64,000 nt of DNA. Source: a virus. The notes beneath the pieces are model-generated. The model was not told the origin of the DNA and made no database searches. It saw only the letters and a program-made list of their open reading frames with translations. The position numbers were made by a program, and so were the translations under genes. Location: positions 9,234 to 73,233 of IMG/VR virus record IMGVR_UViG_3300047510_003392. One strand, given 5' to 3'. This document shows, one piece after another, positions 19,837 to 28,860 of this stretch (positions within the stretch are counted from its first letter, which is position 1; each line of letters begins with the position of its first letter).

Positions 19837-20450
19837 AACTTTTGTATCCAGATCTTCATAAACTTTTCTACGTGTTCGTTCAGTTTTGGATTTAGCAATA
19901 GTTCCTCAGTAGTCATCTTGCCTTCATCTTCCCACTCAATCCGATGTTGTGCGGCGGATTTGATTTTTGGATTGTTGGCTTCTTCGTGGTCATTGGCGGG
20001 CAATACAAACTTCTTTACGCCATCAACGATGCTATACTTGCTGATATGACACAGCACTCCTTTGGTTTCATTCTTCAAGAAGTATAGTTCATCTTTCTCG
20101 TATACATCATATCGCACATCCGTAACGATATAAAAGTCATAGTCTGATTCATCAATCGTTTTCTTGGCAAGATCAATCCAGTATCTGCCATTAGTACGCT
20201 TGCGTTGAGCATCGCCATACCATACAAGCATAGGACGAATAAGAACTTTTTCTTCAGGAACTTGTGTAAAAGCAGATATGCCAAGGTTTTCCAATAAAAA
20301 CTTATCGCAATGCTGCTTTAGCGGGTCAGCAAATGCGACCTTCTTGACGCTATAACCAGCCTGCTGTAGTTTCATTTCTACAATAGAAGCAAATGTATCT
20401 TTACCGCTGCGGGCTGCGCCTCCAACTCCTATAACATTTTTATTAGACAT
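19833..20450 (-). CDS. Deoxynucleoside monophosphate kinase (T4 gp1-like)
   Basis: GAARSGKDT, FADPLK, R..L..YG...R, TDVRY; start reassigned to MSNKN. Confidence 0.8.
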   Translation of the reverse strand: MSNKNVIGVGGAARSGKDTFASIVEMKLQQAGYSVKKVAFADPLKQHCDKFLLENLGISAFTQVPEEKVLIRPMLVWYGDAQRKRTNGRYWIDLAKKTIDESDYDFYIVTDVRYDVYEKDELYFLKNETKGVLCHISKYSIVDGVKKFVLPANDHEEANNPKIKSAAQHRIEWEDEGKMTTEELLLNPKLNEHVEKFMKIWIQKF

Positions 20451-20454
20451 ATGT

Positions 20455-20889
20455 TTATTCCCATTTACGGTGATCTTCTGCCACCCATTCCCAACCATCA
20501 TATTCAGCAATATGCCATTTTACATCGTCGGGCACTTCAACGATTTTTATTTTACAACTGCTTCCACTTGCTGCCTCTGATCCAAGTTCTTCAATCGCCT
20601 CAATCAAAAACTTATTGGTTCTGTCATCTGTAAACCCGTCGCCTATGCGATAATCATGTGGATTTTTTTGCTCTTGAGGATTTGGTATAGAAAACGCAAG
20701 ATTGTCGCGGCTATATTTTCCATGGTCAGTCAGATCATATGCAGGAACAAGTTTGCTCCTGAGCGTGGGTTCAGTAGTATATTCATACTTGAAGAAATAA
20801 CAACTTATGCCTGCTTTTTCGCAGTATAGTTTTAGTGCTTCAGGTGATAGACCAAACCCTCCATAAGATGCGTTGATGGCTACTTTCAT
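20455..20889 (-). CDS. Conserved phage hypothetical protein
   Basis: INASYGGFGLS...IVEVPDDVKWHIAEYDGWEWVAE, a pattern common in large phages. Confidence 0.7.
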   Translation of the reverse strand: MKVAINASYGGFGLSPEALKLYCEKAGISCYFFKYEYTTEPTLRSKLVPAYDLTDHGKYSRDNLAFSIPNPQEQKNPHDYRIGDGFTDDRTNKFLIEAIEELGSEAASGSSCKIKIVEVPDDVKWHIAEYDGWEWVAEDHRKWE

Positions 20890-20892
20890 ATG

Positions 20893-21363
20893 TTATGCCT
20901 CCATTAGTTCTTTGATTTGCTTTTCGTTATATCCGTATTTGCCAACAATGCCAACAATATCAGCCTTTGTCAAGATGGATATATACTCAAGCACATTTCT
21001 TTCGCTGTCTTGAAAATGGTTGGATAGCAGAGTGAGTAGAGCAGGATTATACTTCTCACTCTTGCTCTTGATATATGGATAAAATGCCTTACGCTTTGGC
21101 ACAAAAGCAATCAGAACCTTATAAAACTCTTTGGGAGATAATACGCCGCTATATTTCTGTACGTGATTCAATGTATCAATAAGTTCAGGTTGCATGCTTA
21201 GAAAACGGCATACCATAAAGTTGGACCAACTCTTTTTGTCGGCGTCGGTAAGTTTGTCAAAATAATCAATGTCCTGCTTTTCGCGAACATGATTGATATG
21301 ATCAAACAATCCCTTGGGCTTTGTTATGGCAGCAATAGTTTCTGTTGCTTTTTTTCTTGGCAT
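20893..21363 (-). CDS. Clamp loader small subunit (T4 gp62-like)
   Basis: LFDHIN...FMVCRFLSM...PKRKAFYPYIK pattern; replication neighbourhood. Confidence 0.7.
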   Translation of the reverse strand: MPRKKATETIAAITKPKGLFDHINHVREKQDIDYFDKLTDADKKSWSNFMVCRFLSMQPELIDTLNHVQKYSGVLSPKEFYKVLIAFVPKRKAFYPYIKSKSEKYNPALLTLLSNHFQDSERNVLEYISILTKADIVGIVGKYGYNEKQIKELMEA

Positions 21364-21364
21364 T

Positions 21365-21574
21365 TTAGGATTTAGTCCAGACACGCTTATCGTATTGTAC
21401 AAAGGTTGTCAATCCAAAGCCATTCTTGGCATTGGACCATACACCAGCATCATTTTTTGACGATGTAATCTTTGTAAATACAGCAGAAGTTGATTCTACA
21501 GGCTTAGTCAAGTAAAACTTGCTGCCAATAGCCAACTTGCCAAACTCAATCTGCTTTGTTGTTTCGTCGCTCAT
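21365..21574 (-). CDS. Hypothetical protein
   Basis: ORF in operon; GAGGA RBS before MSDETTK. Confidence 0.55.
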   Translation of the reverse strand: MSDETTKQIEFGKLAIGSKFYLTKPVESTSAVFTKITSSKNDAGVWSNAKNGFGLTTFVQYDKRVWTKS

Positions 21575-21890
21575 TTTTGTTTTCCTCTTTTGGTAGTTCA
21601 ACCGGTTCTTTGTCCTTTGATAAAAGACGCTGAACGTGCTGTTCTAATCTATGAAATCGTGATTGATATTCTGTATGTTTGCCTGATAGTTTATCCAACT
21701 TGCTGGTTTGACGCTTTAGATTGTCAAATATTATTCTTAGTGTTTCTGTGATGGCGTTGCCATTTTCAACTATAGTAGTTTTATTTGTCTTGTCCATCTT
21801 CTTTATCATAAGATAAAACTTATAACAAGAATACGCCAGACACAACTCAATAATGAATACCGCAGCCAGAAGTATATAAAAAAAGGTCAT
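21546..21890 (-). CDS. Hypothetical membrane-anchored coiled-coil protein
   Basis: N-terminal TM segment, heptad-rich remainder. Confidence 0.55.
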   Translation of the reverse strand: MTFFYILLAAVFIIELCLAYSCYKFYLMIKKMDKTNKTTIVENGNAITETLRIIFDNLKRQTSKLDKLSGKHTEYQSRFHRLEQHVQRLLSKDKEPVELPKEENKNERRNNKAD

Positions 21891-21931
21891 AAATAAATAC
21901 CCCGATAATATAAATCAGGGTATTGTTGTTG

Positions 21932-22591
21932 TCAAGATGCTATTTCTTGCCTTATTTCGGTAACATTATCCAAGAAATGTATCCAACTTGGATGATGTGC
22001 GATTTGTATGGTTGAACTTACTGGCACAGCCCTTGGTGCCTTTGGCTTGCGAATAAGTTTTAGCCCAGCCTGCTCTGGTGTTTTATCACCTTTCTTGCTG
22101 TTTATTTCTTTATGACACCATACCATATTCTCAAACGTATTCTTGCCACCCTTGGTTCTAGGAATAACGTGGTCAATGTTGCCGTCTTTCCAAGAAATCT
22201 GACGACCCGTATATTGACATACTCCACCATCACGCTTACGAATGCTTTCTTTGGTCGGACGAGGAGTAACTACAGGCATCTTGCTATAGTTTGGCTGAAT
22301 AATGACACGCGGAGCCCGAATAGTCATATTAGAGGTATGTATAGCAAGATCATAATCTCTTATAGGCAGATTCTTCCAAGTTTCCCAATCAACCGGCTGA
22401 ACATATTCTGGATTATCCCAATCCACGCTGCCATTTTCATCCACAGGAAAGTTCATATCTATGGCAAGAGCAGGCGGATTATTGCCATCAACCCCGCCCA
22501 GCATAGAAATAAGAGCCTCCTTGACAGTCTTTGTATTCAAAGCCTGCCATAAGTTATTTAGGCACAATACTGGTTGGGAGATAACATTCAT
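21932..22591 (-). CDS. HNH endonuclease (McrA-like)
   Basis: RDGGVCQYTG, IDHVIPRTKGG, N..KGDKTP. Confidence 0.9.
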   Translation of the reverse strand: MNVISQPVLCLNNLWQALNTKTVKEALISMLGGVDGNNPPALAIDMNFPVDENGSVDWDNPEYVQPVDWETWKNLPIRDYDLAIHTSNMTIRAPRVIIQPNYSKMPVVTPRPTKESIRKRDGGVCQYTGRQISWKDGNIDHVIPRTKGGKNTFENMVWCHKEINSKKGDKTPEQAGLKLIRKPKAPRAVPVSSTIQIAHHPSWIHFLDNVTEIRQEIAS

Positions 22592-22643
22592 AATATATCC
22601 TTTCAGATATAACTATGACTACAATAATATAAAAAGTCAAGTG

Positions 22644-22847
22644 TTATTTCTTGGCAGGTATAACTTTTTCAATCCTGAAGTATGGGTCAAAGTCAATCTC
22701 CATATCATCATCAAATAATACAACGGTTCTATTGGCCTTTTGTATTACCGTGGTTACTTTCATTTTTTTACCTGTTGAAGATATTACAACATCTCCAACT
22801 TCAAGACGCTTGGCGATTTTGTCTGTATGTGCTGTTTTTGTCATCAT
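22644..22847 (-). CDS. Hypothetical protein
   Basis: 67-aa ORF with ATATTTAT motif upstream. Confidence 0.55.
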   Translation of the reverse strand: MMTKTAHTDKIAKRLEVGDVVISSTGKKMKVTTVIQKANRTVVLFDDDMEIDFDPYFRIEKVIPAKK

Positions 22848-22856
22848 AAATAAATA

Positions 22857-23042
22857 TTAGTATTTTGTAGAAAGATGCCAATATCCGCAATAGCTACATT
22901 TGTATGGTGTTCTATCACTACGATACTCTGTCAGTATTCTTTTAGCATCACGAATCGCATCGTTGCGAGATTCATAGTTTGTTTTAGTTTCGCAAGATAG
23001 TTTATGATGGTTATTGAGTTTGGTAATATGCTTTCTTTTCAT
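22857..23042 (-). CDS. Small zinc-ribbon-like phage protein
   Basis: C..K..Y...A...YKCSYCGYWHLS. Confidence 0.6.
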   Translation of the reverse strand: MKRKHITKLNNHHKLSCETKTNYESRNDAIRDAKRILTEYRSDRTPYKCSYCGYWHLSTKY

Positions 23043-23074
23043 AACATATTATGCGAAGAATATATAGTGTCAAT

Positions 23075-23107
23075 AAAAAATCCCCCAAAGTAACTTGGGG
23101 GATTTTG
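23075..23107. terminator. Intrinsic terminator
   Basis: AAAAAATCCCCCAA-AGTAAC-TTGGGGGATTTT hairpin with U-tracts. Confidence 0.75.
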
Positions 23108-23128
23108 TTACAGCTATGCTTCTTATCG

Positions 23129-23335
23129 TTAGGCAATGACCGAACGAAGAGCAGCAACCTGGCGACCAGTCAAGCGGATACGGGTGAACTTACCAGTTTC
23201 CGGATTTGTGCCACCAAGAGTGAGAAACGTAGAAACGCTCTTCTTGTTAGCCTTAGAGAAGTACAGAGCAAAACCATCGTTGATGACGGTAGTAGCAGTC
23301 TTCTTACCATTGTGTGTCTTTGTAACCTTTTTCAT
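23129..23335 (-). CDS. Small basic hypothetical protein with its own promoter and terminator
   Basis: 68 aa; TTGACA-N16-CATAAT upstream (about 23392-23419) and terminator downstream. Confidence 0.6.
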   Translation of the reverse strand: MKKVTKTHNGKKTATTVINDGFALYFSKANKKSVSTFLTLGGTNPETGKFTRIRLTGRQVAALRSVIA

Positions 23336-23401
23336 ATGTTTATGTAGTTTGTTTTGTGTTTTATTATTCTTATGTTGAATAAGATAAATACATTATGTAG
23401 A

Positions 23402-24361
23402 TTACTCGCAGATTGTCAATAGATTTTCGCGAGAAATCTTAGTTATAGCGAGTTCTTTCTGCTTAAACTCGAAGTCAAGGTGTAGATTACCTTTGTAATT
23501 GGCATAAATGGACGGCATCATAGTGGGAAAGTCGGCGTGAGCACGCGGATTTTTACCGGGCAATGACTCGCTGAAATGAAACAATGGAATAACGCCAGTT
23601 GGCCAAGTTGATATTGCCGTCTCAAAAGCAAACTCCTCACTGGTTGAGTCGGGATTACACATATGATGAAGATTGTCAAATGTGATTGGAATGCCCAGCC
23701 GCTTGTATGTGTTTTCATACAATGCCATTACACTCCAACTCTTTAGCTTATCTTCGTTCTCCAACACTAAACGACTACGCACACCGTCGCTCATATTATG
23801 ATATACTTTCTGAAATCTATCTGTTGTTTCGGCGTAGTTACCGTTGTTATAACAGTTCATATGAATATTGATAGGAGCTTCATAGCTTCGTGGAAGCTCA
23901 AGCATATCCATAATCATAGCGTGTTGATCCAAGTCTCGTATAGAGTTTTCAACAACTTTTGGATTTGGACTGGCAGGCACAACAAACTGGTCCGGATGCA
24001 TGCTACAACGAATGCTGTGTTTCTTGATGGTGTTTGCCGCAGCACTAAACTCGGCGTATATAGCATCAGCATTGTAAAAATCATCCACACCAAAACTCAA
24101 ATCTGGATGTGTCATTAGCGGAAACACATTACTACCGATACGATAGTTCCAGTTATTGACCGCACATTCTTTTAGAATAGCATGAATAGTTTTGATATTG
24201 TTATATGAACGGTCAGCAAGAACTTTCATTGCTTGCTTCTTGCCCAACTTTTTATATTGGGCATATGTCATTACATTGAACTTGGTTTCTTGCTCTTGTA
24301 GTCCTACGTGGATACAACAAAGAGATGGAGTAATATTAGATGGTAAAATCATGACATACAT
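23402..24361 (-). CDS. uvsE: UV DNA damage endonuclease
   Basis: YRIGSNVFP, SMHPDQF, NIH, LENED, FDNLHH, HFSE, HAD, EFKQKE. Confidence 0.92.
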   Translation of the reverse strand: MYVMILPSNITPSLCCIHVGLQEQETKFNVMTYAQYKKLGKKQAMKVLADRSYNNIKTIHAILKECAVNNWNYRIGSNVFPLMTHPDLSFGVDDFYNADAIYAEFSAAANTIKKHSIRCSMHPDQFVVPASPNPKVVENSIRDLDQHAMIMDMLELPRSYEAPINIHMNCYNNGNYAETTDRFQKVYHNMSDGVRSRLVLENEDKLKSWSVMALYENTYKRLGIPITFDNLHHMCNPDSTSEEFAFETAISTWPTGVIPLFHFSESLPGKNPRAHADFPTMMPSIYANYKGNLHLDFEFKQKELAITKISRENLLTICE

Positions 24362-24389
24362 ATTATACCATAAAATGTTGTTGTCAAAG

Positions 24390-25066
24390 CAATAAAAAAG
24401 AGCCTCTAAATAACTTAATAACAGCCAGTCGCTTATTCTATATTTGTAAGTTTAAAACTCGCCATTCCGCCGTAGGAAATTTTTTCCCACGCATAGTTTT
24501 TATATTTTTCTTTGATTTTTTGGAGCATCACTTCTCCGGTTTTATGCAAGTTATCCATGTCATCGTTTTCGTGCGGCCATTCTTCAAAAATTATTTCTCT
24601 AATTTTTATTTTGTTTAAGTCTATAGATTCTAGTATTTCACAATCTAATCCCTCGGTATCTATGGATAATTGAAAAATTTCATTTATTTCCAGTAACTCG
24701 CACATAGTACTAAACTTGACAGTTTCTATCGTGATAGACCCAGATAAATGCGGATACGTTTTTCTGCGCATTAAACTGCTCAATCCACTGTGTCCATATA
24801 GGTGCAAATTCGCTTCGCCTTCTTTAACTGATATCCCTTTATTAAAATATATAATATTGTGTTTTTTACTCAACGTAGAATAATTTGATTGTAATTCATT
24901 TAATAGTTGAACATTTGGTTCCACCAAAACAACACGCACACTTTCTGTCAATCCTTCTATCATCCGCTGAAATTCGTCGTTTCCTACATTGGCACCAATT
25001 TGAACATATGTATTCATTTAATAATATATATAAAGGATTGGCATAAAACCAATAAAAAAGAGCCTC
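24390..25066. repeat. 17-bp direct repeat CAATAAAAAAGAGCCTC flanking the FkbM gene
   Basis: Identical copies at 24390-24406 and 25050-25066; the second copy is one arm of a terminator hairpin. Confidence 0.75.
24433..25017 (-). CDS. FkbM family methyltransferase
   Basis: QIGANVG, VEPN, IDTEGLD. Confidence 0.8.
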   Translation of the reverse strand: MNTYVQIGANVGNDEFQRMIEGLTESVRVVLVEPNVQLLNELQSNYSTLSKKHNIIYFNKGISVKEGEANLHLYGHSGLSSLMRRKTYPHLSGSITIETVKFSTMCELLEINEIFQLSIDTEGLDCEILESIDLNKIKIREIIFEEWPHENDDMDNLHKTGEVMLQKIKEKYKNYAWEKISYGGMASFKLTNIE

Positions 25067-25080
25067 GTTGGAGGCTCTTG
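25054..25080 (-). terminator. Intrinsic terminator
   Basis: AAGAGCCTC-GTTG-GAGGCTCTT hairpin with U-tract on the minus strand. Confidence 0.75.
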
Positions 25081-25107
25081 TTTATAACCAAGTTGTGGTA
25101 TGTTATA

Positions 25108-25824
25108 TTAGAACTTGACGGTAACAAATCCACCAACCCAACTATCGTTGGTTGTGACAGAGTTATTGAGGTAATTATGGCGATAGCCAGCACCAACAAC
25201 GACATTCTGTGCTTCATACACCAAGTCAAGCTTACCAGTTACATAATAATACGAATCCTTGACAGTAGGACCACGACGCTCGGGCAGAGCATCCTTGGCA
25301 CCAACCCATCCAAGGGTAGCGGCAGGAACCAACTTGAAACCCTTAGCAAGCAAGAAAAGGTTGATTGGCTGGCTGAGAGAGCCTTCGGCAAACACCTGAC
25401 GTAGATTCAGGTCATAGCCTGCGGCTACGGTTGGGCTCAAGAAAGCATCATAAGCCAGAGAGCCAAACACTTCAACGCTATAATTTGTTTCGCCTTTTGC
25501 TGGTGCAGCCTTGGGATAAAAATATCCAACGCCACCGACCTTGAGGGTGGTTGCCTTGTCAATAGCATATCCCTGCGTCAAGGCCACGTCAAGCTCGCGA
25601 ACGGTTGTATTCAAATTGTCGAAGTTCCATAGACCAAGCACAGTCAAACTGGTCTTGGATGGCAGATTGACGGTGACTTCGGAAGTACCTACATTGGTTC
25701 CTCCAGCAACTCCGCGAAACACATAGTCACTCTCAAATCCAGCAGTAGCCGATACTGTCTGGGAAAAAGAAACCGATGTGATTGCAATCAATCCTACGAT
25801 TAGTTTAGTAATATATTTCTTCAT
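25108..25824 (-). CDS. Outer-membrane beta-barrel protein (TorF/TIGR02001-like)
   Basis: Signal peptide, SDYVFRG motif, ELD, alternating beta strands, C-terminal Phe. Confidence 0.75.
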   Translation of the reverse strand: MKKYITKLIVGLIAITSVSFSQTVSATAGFESDYVFRGVAGGTNVGTSEVTVNLPSKTSLTVLGLWNFDNLNTTVRELDVALTQGYAIDKATTLKVGGVGYFYPKAAPAKGETNYSVEVFGSLAYDAFLSPTVAAGYDLNLRQVFAEGSLSQPINLFLLAKGFKLVPAATLGWVGAKDALPERRGPTVKDSYYYVTGKLDLVYEAQNVVVGAGYRHNYLNNSVTTNDSWVGGFVTVKF

Positions 25825-25902
25825 ATTTATTTTATATTTAGTTATTGTTTCTTCACGTTTTTCGCAAAGTACCGATAACTATACGATATAAAATCTTTTA
25901 TG

Positions 25903-26592
25903 TCAATATATAAAATCCGGGTTGGTTCGCGTGGAATATTTTCTAATATAATCTTTTGATTTAAAAAAAGGATGCAATCTAGCATAACTTCCATTTGTTA
26001 TTTGTAAATTCAACACATTTTTTCCGACGAGCCTATCTGCTTCCCAAGCTCCAAATTTTTTTGCAAAGTCGATGATCTTCTTCGATCCAGAAGGCGAAAT
26101 TATATACGCATAGCATCCAGCAAAATGTTCTCCGGTAAATTCTCTATCTGAGGTCCATTTGTTGGAGTTTAAAAAATCTTTTACTCCCGTTGGGTGTTCC
26201 TTGGAAAGTATTTCATTATAATTGCTTCTATATGGTCTGCTAGGATCTAAATGACACACATCTTGTATTTGATCTATAATGTCGTCTATATTTCTTAGCA
26301 ATAATCCATCGTGTTCTAGTATTAGAACTTTCTCATTTATATCTACACACTTTTGCCACAAACAATAATGACTCGCAAAGCAAGCTTGTGTGGCAAGTTC
26401 TGTTGCTTTTTTTATCATAAACTCTTCGGACATTTTTACATCATATTCCGAAAAAAATTTATTTAGTGTTTTTGGTACTATGGCATCAAAGTAACACGCA
26501 TCTATACCAAATTTAATACAAGATTCGTATGCATCTTTTGCAAGTTTAGTCGAAAATTCATGACCTAATATACGAATAATAAAACCTTTCAT
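25903..26592 (-). CDS. Glycosyltransferase family 25-like
   Basis: FDAI, ACFASHYCLW, ILEHD, AYIISP.G..K. Confidence 0.8.
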   Translation of the reverse strand: MKGFIIRILGHEFSTKLAKDAYESCIKFGIDACYFDAIVPKTLNKFFSEYDVKMSEEFMIKKATELATQACFASHYCLWQKCVDINEKVLILEHDGLLLRNIDDIIDQIQDVCHLDPSRPYRSNYNEILSKEHPTGVKDFLNSNKWTSDREFTGEHFAGCYAYIISPSGSKKIIDFAKKFGAWEADRLVGKNVLNLQITNGSYARLHPFFKSKDYIRKYSTRTNPDFIY

Positions 26593-26596
26593 AAAA

Positions 26597-26977
26597 TGGT
26601 GGACGTGAGGGGAGTTGAACCCCTGTGCTGTATAATATAACTACAACCATATACATGCTTATCTCTTATAATCCGACTAAGTTTGGTAGAGCACCACTTA
26701 GAAGTTGAGGACTCGTGTTTCTCGCTGTTGTTACGACCCTCGTCCTTACAACAGCAAGCAGATGGTCGAGCGTTTTATTCTATATATCTGCGTCAATAGA
26801 TAAAACGGGTAGCAACTTAGGCTACAGCAACTTCGCTCTTACGGCTTACGCTTAGGAACGATGTCTTAGCAAGATTTCTCTTAGCATTTATTTTTTCCAA
26901 CGGGTATTATACAGAGACATTAGACTCTGTGCATGCGGACTGCATCTACACTATATAGTAGAATCCAGAACACGCCC
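26597..26977 (-). ncRNA. ssrA: tmRNA
   Basis: 5' GGGCGTG / 3' CACGTCC-ACCA acceptor with G3.U70; TTCTGGATTCTAC D-region; GCATGC/GCATGT helix 2; T arm AGGGGTTCAACTCCCCT; tag frame 26885-26817 after AAATAAAT: AKRNLAKTSFLSVSRKSEVAVA*. Confidence 0.93.
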
Positions 26978-26990
26978 ATAATAAAAAATA

Positions 26991-27170
26991 GAAAACGTGT
27001 AGGGGCTAGGTGTTTGGGCACCGGCACCGGAAATACATTCGGGTATTTCATCCTATCCCAACAACTTCGGCTATTTAGACAAGAATAAAACTTGATGCCT
27101 ACTATGATGTTATGTGAGAATAGTCGCAAGTTTTACAAACAACGACTCTTTTAACTACCCTACACGCTTC
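26991..27170 (-). ncRNA. Unannotated 180-nt structured RNA upstream of tmRNA
   Basis: 13-bp closing stem GAAGCGUGUAGGG/CCCUACACGUUUU plus internal helices UAAAACUUG/CAAGUUUUA and GAAAUAC/GUAUUUC; upstream TTGACA promoter. Confidence 0.65.
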
Positions 27171-27304
27171 TAAAAGTGATTCAAAGAACGACAACTATAA
27201 TTATCTAGATATATCGTCTTGTCAATACTTTTTATTTGAGGAAATTTTTATAAAAATTATATTCTGGTTGACATATACAATACTTAGAATAATATTTTAT
27301 TTTT

Positions 27305-27658
27305 ATGTATAAACTATTTCTTGATGATGTAAGAGAACCGGAACAAGTGACTTGGGTAAAACTACCAGATGGTCCTTGGGAAATTGTGCGTAACTATGGT
27401 CAATTCGTTGAGCATATCTCAAAGAATGGTATTCCATCATTTGTTGCCTTTGACCACGACCTTGCGGAAGAGCATTATGGTGCTAACCCAAGAAGTGAAT
27501 TCAAAGAGAAAACGGGATATCATTGTGCCAAGTGGCTGATTGAAAAGTGTATGAACGAAGACACAAACTTTCCGCACTATGTTGTTCATAGCATGAATCC
27601 CGTAGGAAAGATGAATATCACCAGTTTGGTTGAAAACTTCAAGAATACCATCAAGTGA
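27305..27658 (+). CDS. Cyclic-phosphate-processing receiver domain protein
   Basis: LFLDDVR, FDHDL, TGYHCAKWL, HSMNPVG. Confidence 0.8.
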   Translation: MYKLFLDDVREPEQVTWVKLPDGPWEIVRNYGQFVEHISKNGIPSFVAFDHDLAEEHYGANPRSEFKEKTGYHCAKWLIEKCMNEDTNFPHYVVHSMNPVGKMNITSLVENFKNTIK

Positions 27659-28320
27659 AGAAGTTATCATTCAAGAGTTCTGAGCAAAAGATATGGTTTG
27701 TGTCCGACTTACACGTTGGACACAACAAGCCATTTATATTAAACCCTCGCTTTTACAATAATGTAAATGAGGCAGTTCAGCACACTTTTGATATGATGTA
27801 TAGTCATATTGGTCCAGATGATATACTATTCAATCTTGGCGATATGGTATGCGGTGCAGGCCAAGCTTCAGAAGAATATGCCAAAAGAGTGGTAAATATA
27901 CCTTGTAAGCAACATTACTATATTTGGGGCAATCATAGTGCTGGCATCAAGGGGTTATATGACAAAGTAAGAAATGATATTGGCTTGCTTGCAGATGACA
28001 TTGATATGTATCCTCTTCCATATCCAAATAGTCCATTTATTTTTCTTGGACATTATGCGGAAGTATTCATTGATAGCACGCCAGTTGTATTGACTCATTA
28101 TCCTATTGCTTCGTGGAATCATATGGGGGATGGTGGGTATAATATCCACGGTCATTGTCATAGAAGCATGAAAGAGGATAATAGTCTTAAGCGTCTTGAT
28201 GTAGGATGGGATTGGAAAAAGCGACCTGTTGAATGGAATGAGATTGTGCGAGAACTTAAATCAAACAAGTTTAGCCCAGTGGATCATCATGGTGCAGACA
28301 CCAGTTCTTTTTTTGAATAA
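27655..28320 (+). CDS. Calcineurin-like metallophosphoesterase
   Basis: SDLHVGH, LGD, GNH, THYP, HGHCH, DVG. Confidence 0.85.
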   Translation: MKKLSFKSSEQKIWFVSDLHVGHNKPFILNPRFYNNVNEAVQHTFDMMYSHIGPDDILFNLGDMVCGAGQASEEYAKRVVNIPCKQHYYIWGNHSAGIKGLYDKVRNDIGLLADDIDMYPLPYPNSPFIFLGHYAEVFIDSTPVVLTHYPIASWNHMGDGGYNIHGHCHRSMKEDNSLKRLDVGWDWKKRPVEWNEIVRELKSNKFSPVDHHGADTSSFFE

Positions 28321-28325
28321 AATTT

Positions 28326-28808
28326 ATGAAAAAACTAATACACAAAGATGGTAATCTGCTTACAGCAACGGACGTTGAAGTAATTGCTCATCAAGCCAAC
28401 TGCCAAAACATATTTGGAGCAGGTATTGCCAAAAGCATAAAAGAAATGTATCCCAAGGCATATCACGCAGATACTATGGCATACAAGGATGGTAAGGCAG
28501 TGCTTGGAAGTTATAGTTTTTGTCATATGGATGGAAATCCTTTCAAGAAGATTTTCAACCTATATGGTCAAAATTTGTATGGCTCAAAGACTAGAATGAC
28601 AAACTACAATGCGTTGTATGATGCTCTTGAAGGTATGAAGAACTATCTTGTAGACAATGACGAAGATTTGCCAGTTCCGAATATTGGATTTCCATATCTT
28701 ATGGGATGTGGACTTGGCGGTGGCGATTGGAGAATAGTAGAAAGATTGATTGAAGTCGCCTTTCACAACTATGAAGGTGATATAGTAATATATAAATTAA
28801 AAGGATAA
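28326..28808 (+). CDS. Macro domain protein (ADP-ribose processing)
   Basis: GNLL, HQANC..FGAGIA, NLYGQ, PYLMGCGLGGGDW. Confidence 0.88.
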   Translation: MKKLIHKDGNLLTATDVEVIAHQANCQNIFGAGIAKSIKEMYPKAYHADTMAYKDGKAVLGSYSFCHMDGNPFKKIFNLYGQNLYGSKTRMTNYNALYDALEGMKNYLVDNDEDLPVPNIGFPYLMGCGLGGGDWRIVERLIEVAFHNYEGDIVIYKLKG

Positions 28809-28809
28809 C

Positions 28810-28845
28810 AAAAAAGCCCCGAGAAATCGGGGCTTTTGTTTTTTT
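28810..28845. terminator. Bidirectional intrinsic terminator
   Basis: AAAAAAGCCCCGA-GAAA-TCGGGGCTTTTG between convergent genes. Confidence 0.85.
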
Positions 28846-28860
28846 ACTAAATTTGCTTAT

